DNA of 64,000 bases from Zhongshania sp. GTDB lineage: Bacteria; Pseudomonadota; Gammaproteobacteria; Pseudomonadales; Spongiibacteraceae. Position numbers and translations under genes: made by a program. Positions 58,717-64,000 of this stretch are shown here, in pieces. A model generated the notes under the pieces. The model was not told the origin of the DNA. It saw only the letters and a list, made by a program, of their open reading frames with translations, and searched no databases. The stretch lies in NCBI RefSeq assembly GCF_041584495.1, contig NZ_JBFHDY010000007.1:1231-65230 (forward strand). The letters run 5' to 3'. How positions within the stretch are numbered: the first letter of the stretch is position 1; each line of letters starts with the position of its first letter.

Positions 58717-59715
58717 TTACTCTGCTAGCCGCAGTAAAATTTTGCCGATATGGGCGCCACTTTCCATGCGGGCATGAGCGGCGGCGATATCGGCAAATGG
58801 AAAGACCTGATCAATCACCGGTTTAATTTCGCCGTTGCCGTACAGTGGCATAACCTGCTCTTCTAGCTCGGCGGCTATTTGCGCTTTTTGTTCAGTACTT
58901 TGGGCGCGCAAGGTTGAGGCGGTTAAGGTCAGGCGTTTCATCAGTACCGGTAAAAAATTCAATTCGGCGGTAAAGCCCGCTTGAAAGGCGATAAAAGCGA
59001 TGCGGCCGTCGGCGGCGGCGAGCTTAATATCCTTTCGCACATAGTCGCCGCCTACCATATCCAGAATCACATCCATGCCGTGGCCGTCAGATGCTTCGGC
59101 GAGGACGTTTTCAAAGGCCTCGGTTTTGTAATTAACGGCTTTTAGCGCGCCGAGGCCTTCGCAGGCCAGGCATTTGGCATCGCTACCGGCGGTGGTATAA
59201 ACCTTGGCACCCATCGCTGTGGCGAGACGAATGGCGGTTGTGCCAATGCCGCTACTGCCGCCGTGAACCAGGAAGTGCTCGCCAGCTTTTAATTTGGCGC
59301 GCTGAAAAACATTGTGCCAAACCGTGAATAAGGTTTCTGGTAGCGCCGCCGCATCGAGTACCGACATGCCCTTGGGAACAGCGAGGCATTGGCTGGCGGG
59401 GGCTATGGTATAATCGGCGTAACCGCCACCATTGCACAGCGCGCACACCATATCACCGACGGCCCAGCGGCTGACGTCGCTGCCGATGGCGACAATTTCA
59501 CCCGATACCTCTAATCCCAGTACAGGGCTGGCGTCTGCTGGTGGTGGATAGAGACCATAGCGCTGCATTAAGTCGGGACGATTGACGCCGGAGCCAATAA
59601 CGCGCATCAAGACTTCCTTGGCGGCAGGCTCTGGCATCGCCTCATTGGCGAAGCTCAGATGGTGATCTTCGCTGTTAACGGTAACGATACATCGCGTGAT
59701 GGGAAGGCTTGCCAT
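58717..59715 (-). CDS. NAD(P)H-quinone oxidoreductase (PIG3/zeta-crystallin family)
   Basis: GVNRPDLMQRYGLYPPP, LGLEVSG, VHGGSSGIGT, ILDMVGG and HIGKILL. Confidence 0.95.
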   Translation of the reverse strand: MASLPITRCIVTVNSEDHHLSFANEAMPEPAAKEVLMRVIGSGVNRPDLMQRYGLYPPPADASPVLGLEVSGEIVAIGSDVSRWAVGDMVCALCNGGGYADYTIAPASQCLAVPKGMSVLDAAALPETLFTVWHNVFQRAKLKAGEHFLVHGGSSGIGTTAIRLATAMGAKVYTTAGSDAKCLACEGLGALKAVNYKTEAFENVLAEASDGHGMDVILDMVGGDYVRKDIKLAAADGRIAFIAFQAGFTAELNFLPVLMKRLTLTASTLRAQSTEQKAQIAAELEEQVMPLYGNGEIKPVIDQVFPFADIAAAHARMESGAHIGKILLRLAE

Positions 59716-59845
59716 GGTCGTCCTCGGGTGCAAAGTGCTAAGCTCTGCAGCAGCGCTCGTCATCGCCGCTAACACCTAGCAGAAAAAAGATGAGAGCCAG
59801 TATAGCGAAGACTGCTGGCACGGGGCGAATGGTCGTTTTTATTAA

Positions 59846-60748
59846 TTGGAGTTTACGCCGGCGATGATTGTTGAAGGCAAGAGCGAACAAAAAAGGCTGC
59901 TCATTGTGGGTTGTGGTGATATTGGCAATGGTTTAGCTGAAATATACTTGCCAGAAAGCTGGGAAGTACAGGGCTTACGTCGTAATTCGACTAAGTTGGC
60001 GCCGGGGATTACGGCCTTGGCGGCGGATGTTTGTGATCCTGCGAGTGTGGCTGCCCTTGGCCCGCTACACGCAGACTATGTGGTGGTGACCTTAACCCCT
60101 GGCGGCAATAAGGCCGAGGCCTATCAAGCTGTATTTGAGCGCGGTTTGGCCAATGTTTTGGCTGCGATCGCGGTGCCACCCAAGCACATATTTTTTGTCT
60201 CCAGTACCGGCGTGTACGCGCAGGCCAACCACGAGGTCATCGATGAGACTAGTGAAACTGCCCCCGACCGATTTTCTGGTCAAAGCCTCTTAAACGCTGA
60301 GCAGGCAATAGCTGCTACTGCTTGGCCCCATAGTAATATTCGCTTTGGCGGTATTTATGGTAGCGGTCGATTCTTTATGTTGAATAAGGTCTTGGAGGGC
60401 GGCTGCGCTCCGCCACAGCCGCTGCATTACACTAACCGAATTCACCGCGATGATTGCGTCGGGTTTATCGCCCATTTAATAGATAAAGCCGAGGCGGGTG
60501 CCAAACTCGAAAGCTGTTATGTGGGTGTGGATGATGAGGCTGCGAGTATTCAGGATGTACAGGCGTGGTTGGCTGCGCAGTTAGGCGTGGCTTACGCAAG
60601 CAAGGGCGAGCCGATTGCGCGTACTGGGAGCAAACGCTGTGTGAATCGCCGTCTGCGAGAAAGTGGCTATACACTGAAATACCCGACTTTCCGCGACGGG
60701 TTTGAACCGGTACTGCGCGCGTGGCGCGCGAGTACCGCTAAAGATTGA
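59846..60748 (+). CDS. NAD-dependent epimerase/atypical SDR (YeeZ-like)
   Basis: LIVGCGDIG, VSSTGVY, RFGGIYGSGR, TNRIHRDD and YPTFRDG. Exact start uncertain. Confidence 0.88.
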   Translation: MEFTPAMIVEGKSEQKRLLIVGCGDIGNGLAEIYLPESWEVQGLRRNSTKLAPGITALAADVCDPASVAALGPLHADYVVVTLTPGGNKAEAYQAVFERGLANVLAAIAVPPKHIFFVSSTGVYAQANHEVIDETSETAPDRFSGQSLLNAEQAIAATAWPHSNIRFGGIYGSGRFFMLNKVLEGGCAPPQPLHYTNRIHRDDCVGFIAHLIDKAEAGAKLESCYVGVDDEAASIQDVQAWLAAQLGVAYASKGEPIARTGSKRCVNRRLRESGYTLKYPTFRDGFEPVLRAWRASTAKD

Positions 60749-60756
60749 CGCTGTCA

Positions 60757-61140
60757 TTAAAGCGCCAGTATGACTTCAACTTCAATCATGGCGCCGCGGG
60801 GTAGCGCGGCAACTTGAACGCAGGCGCGGGCTGGGTAGGGTTCAGTAAAGAACGTCGCCATTACCTCATTGACCTGAGCAAACACGCTCAGATCCGTTAA
60901 GGAGATGTTTACCTTCACCGCGTTATTTAAGCTGCCGCCGCTGGCATCGGCCACGGCCGACAGGTTTTTAAACACCTGAGTGGCCTGCTCAACAATCCCG
61001 CCGGCAACCATGGTCATGGTTTCTGGCACCAAGGGAATTTGTCCAGACAAATAAACCGTATTGCCCACCTTCACCGCTTGCGAGTAAGTGCCAATAGCCT
61101 CTGGGGCGTGGAGGGTGTTGATGTATTCTTTAGTGCTCAT
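60757..61140 (-). CDS. RidA/YjgF family reactive intermediate deaminase
   Basis: APEAIGTYSQAV, YLSGQIPL, PYPARACVQV and LPRGAMIEVE; downstream of spoT. Confidence 0.95.
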   Translation of the reverse strand: MSTKEYINTLHAPEAIGTYSQAVKVGNTVYLSGQIPLVPETMTMVAGGIVEQATQVFKNLSAVADASGGSLNNAVKVNISLTDLSVFAQVNEVMATFFTEPYPARACVQVAALPRGAMIEVEVILAL

Positions 61141-61195
61141 GAGGTTTGCTTCCTAGTTTCAGGATTGATATTGATTAGTGGAATTGCTTAATGCT

Positions 61196-61248
61196 GGACG
61201 GGAGACGGGAGATGCTAAGAAAAGCAGCTTTTGCGTTCACCGTCTCCC
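61196..61248. repeat. Inverted repeat built from GGGAGAC heptamers
   Basis: GGACGGGAGACGGGAGA ... CCGTCTCCC between the spoT stop and the ridA start. Confidence 0.55.
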
Positions 61249-61265
61249 ATCAAGCGTCTGGCTGA

Positions 61266-63446
61266 TCAATGCCTTTCCCTAGTCACCTTTATCACCGCGG
61301 GAATATTTCTGATCCGGCGCATAATATTGGCTAAATGCACGCGCGAACGGACGCCAACAATAAGGTGAATGGTGCTGATTTTGGCATTTTCGTCTTCTAC
61401 GCTGACTTTTTCTATGCTGCCGTCAGCGCCATTCACGCGGGTTGCTAACACAGCAATAATGCCGCGCTGCTTGGTTAATTCAATTTTCATTTCTACCGAG
61501 AAGTCGCGGTCAATATTTTCGGCCCAACTCAGAGGTACTACCCTGTCGGGCTGGCTGCTAAGTTCAATGCTGTTGTGGCAGTTTTCGCAGTGTACCACCA
61601 CCCCTTTTTCAGAGCTGACGATGCCAATAATGTGGTCGCCGGGTATGGGGTAGCAGCAGCGCGCAAAATTAACCAAAAACCCTTCGGTACCATGGATGAC
61701 CATGGAATGGCGGGTCGGCGGTGGCCGCAGGGCGTCGCCGTCGGCAATATTGTCGCGTAAATTTAGTAATTGGCGGGCGGTCAAATAGGCAACTCGGTTA
61801 CCCATGCCGATTTGTTCATAGATATTGTCTGGCGTTTTGGCGTGGGTAGTGTCGACCAGTTGCTGCAGGTATTTGCCTTCGAAGTCGCCAATGTTCTCAT
61901 TCATGCTGGCCAGTGCGCGTTCGAGCATGCGCTTGCCCAACGTTAAGGCTTCGTTTTTGCGTTGGTATTTCAGGTGGTGACGAATACCCGTACGGGCCTT
62001 GGCCGTGACCACAAAATGCAGCCATGCCGGGTTGGGTTGGGCACCGGGGGTGGTAATCACTTCGAGTGTCTGACCGCTTTGCAGGGTTTCTGACAAGGGC
62101 GCCAAACGGCGGTTGATTCGGCAGGCCACGCAGCTATTGCCGATGTCGCTATGAACCGCGTAGGCAAAGTCTACGGCCGTGGCGCCGGCGGGCAATTCCA
62201 TAATGTCGCCGCGCGGGGTAAAGACATAGACCTCGTCGGGGAAGAGATCAATTTTGACATTCTCGATAAATTCTAAGGAGTCGCCAGCGCGCTCCTGCAT
62301 TTCCAAAAGGCCCTGCACCCATTGGCGAGCGCGGGCATGGCTGGAGTTACGCTTGGGCTCTTGGTCGCTGCTTTTGTACAGCCAATGGGCGGCGATGCCG
62401 TTATTGGCCATTTCTTCCATTTCGTGGGTGCGGATCTGAATTTCAATCGGCACGCCTTCCAAGCCAAATAACACGGTGTGCAGAGACTGGTAGCCATTGG
62501 CCTTGGGAATGGCAATATAGTCTTTAAATTGGCCTGGCACCGGCTTGTATAAGCTGTGTACGCAGCCCAGTACTCGGTAGCAGCTGTCGACCGAGTCCAC
62601 CACTATGCGAAAGGCATAGAGGTCCATAATCTCTTTTAGCGACTTACGCTTATTGCGCATTTTGCTGTAAATACTGAACAGGTGCTTTTCGCGGCCGATG
62701 ACATTGGCGCTGTGGCCTTCTTCGGTAAGGCAGTTCTCGATGCTTTCTTTAATGGTGGTAATGGTTTTTTTGCGGTCGCCAAAGCGCGTGGTAATGGCCT
62801 TGCGAATGCGTCGGGCGCGCATGGGATGCATGGACATAAAGCCCAAGTCTTCGAACTCAACCCGAATATTGTGCATGCCCAAGCGCTGGGCAATGGGCGC
62901 ATAAATCTCCAGCGTTTCTCTGGCGATACGGCGGCGCTTATCTTGGGGCATGGCGCCGAGGGTGCGCATATTGTGAAGGCGGTCGGCAAGTTTAACCAAG
63001 ATAACGCGAATATCCTTGGCCATGGCCAAGGCCATTTTCTGGAAGTTCTCGGCTTGTTGCTCGGCTTTAGATTGAAACTCGATACGGGTGAGCTTCGACA
63101 CCCCGTCGACTAGCTCGGCAACAACATCACCAAATTGATCGCTTAAACCCTGTTTGGTGACATGGGTGTCTTCAATGACGTCATGGAGCATCGCCGCCAT
63201 GAGGCTTTGAACGTCCATGTGCATTTCTGCAAGAATACTGGCAACGGCTAAGGGGTGGGTTACGTATGGCTCGCCACTGCGACGGTTTTGACCTTCGTGG
63301 GCTTGTTCTGCGTAATAGTACGCGCGTCGAACCTGATTTACCTGATCGGGCGTCAGGTATTCAGCAAGGGAGATTGCAAGGGCGTCGATTGATCCGGCTG
63401 GCTCTTTAGCGCCGCTGCTCGGATTGAAAAAACTGTATTGATGCAT
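61266..63446 (-). CDS. spoT: Bifunctional (p)ppGpp synthetase/hydrolase
   Basis: HD domain HEGQNRRSGEPYVTHP...LHDVIED; KLADRLHNMRT; KDYIAIPKANGYQSLHT; TGS domain FTPRG; C-terminal ACT. Start set at MHQYSF (63446) and uncertain. Confidence 0.97.
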   Translation of the reverse strand: MHQYSFFNPSSGAKEPAGSIDALAISLAEYLTPDQVNQVRRAYYYAEQAHEGQNRRSGEPYVTHPLAVASILAEMHMDVQSLMAAMLHDVIEDTHVTKQGLSDQFGDVVAELVDGVSKLTRIEFQSKAEQQAENFQKMALAMAKDIRVILVKLADRLHNMRTLGAMPQDKRRRIARETLEIYAPIAQRLGMHNIRVEFEDLGFMSMHPMRARRIRKAITTRFGDRKKTITTIKESIENCLTEEGHSANVIGREKHLFSIYSKMRNKRKSLKEIMDLYAFRIVVDSVDSCYRVLGCVHSLYKPVPGQFKDYIAIPKANGYQSLHTVLFGLEGVPIEIQIRTHEMEEMANNGIAAHWLYKSSDQEPKRNSSHARARQWVQGLLEMQERAGDSLEFIENVKIDLFPDEVYVFTPRGDIMELPAGATAVDFAYAVHSDIGNSCVACRINRRLAPLSETLQSGQTLEVITTPGAQPNPAWLHFVVTAKARTGIRHHLKYQRKNEALTLGKRMLERALASMNENIGDFEGKYLQQLVDTTHAKTPDNIYEQIGMGNRVAYLTARQLLNLRDNIADGDALRPPPTRHSMVIHGTEGFLVNFARCCYPIPGDHIIGIVSSEKGVVVHCENCHNSIELSSQPDRVVPLSWAENIDRDFSVEMKIELTKQRGIIAVLATRVNGADGSIEKVSVEDENAKISTIHLIVGVRSRVHLANIMRRIRNIPAVIKVTRERH

Positions 63447-63468
63447 CGACGCCCCTTTCAGACGCGAA

Positions 63469-63732
63469 TTACAGTGAAGCGGCGCCCAATTCAGCGCCCA
63501 GATCAATTTCTGGCGCGTCTTCGTGCTTATTGGCAGCCATGACTTGCTCGCGGGTGATCTTGCCTTCGGCCAGTTCACGCAGTGCAATAACCGTTGGCTT
63601 ATCGCCCTCTTCTGCAACTAAGGCAGTTTTGCCGCCGGTTGCCAGAGCATGGGCGCGTTTGCTGGCGACCATAACTAATTCAAAGCGATTATCGACGGCT
63701 TGTAGGCAGTCTTCAACAGTAATTCGGGCCAT
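63469..63732 (-). CDS. rpoZ: RNA polymerase omega subunit
   Basis: MARITVEDC...[13 protein letters not shown]...KPTVIALRE; lies between gmk and spoT. Confidence 0.98.
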   Translation of the reverse strand: MARITVEDCLQAVDNRFELVMVASKRAHALATGGKTALVAEEGDKPTVIALRELAEGKITREQVMAANKHEDAPEIDLGAELGAASL

Positions 63733-63815
63733 GATGTGTTTCCTGCAGACTAAACAAAATCAGCGCACAAATTGCGCGCTGTTAATTACTTGGCAGTCTA
63801 ACAAAAAGTTGACAC

Positions 63816-64000
<185 letters not shown>

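Overview
Bacterial chromosomal window (~50% GC by eye), most likely from a marine gammaproteobacterium. Gene content and order (gmk-rpoZ-spoT-ridA, oxyR-recG, rubredoxin/ubiC-ubiA, hexR) resemble Cellvibrionales such as Spongiibacteraceae/Zhongshania; this is an inference, not checked. It is mostly housekeeping and metabolic genes. I found no rRNA, tRNA, prophage, intact transposase or CRISPR-cas. The best candidate for an under-described system is a divergent locus at 10.5-17.2 kb. There, a FisR-like Cys-PAS sigma54 activator faces a consensus -24/-12 promoter with two palindromic upstream sites 22 bp apart. The promoter precedes cydA-cydB (CIO-type bd oxidase), a persulfide dioxygenase and a SulP transporter; no sulfide:quinone oxidoreductase is present in the window. 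Other notable items: (1) a single-chain rubredoxin-rubredoxin reductase fusion; (2) tandem OmpA/TSP3 paralogs, one with a hydrophobic loop insert and an ~80-aa Met/Glu/Asp/Pro repeat tail; (3) an HMG-CoA reductase gene collapsed by a large in-frame deletion next to a CoA-transferase; (4) a response-regulator::FTR1 iron-permease chimera marking a multi-gene deletion; (5) CGTC-type REP palindromes, including a decayed 39-40 bp-period array; (6) several accessory pseudogenes, while the core genes are intact. All family assignments come from recognising motifs by eye; no database searches were run.
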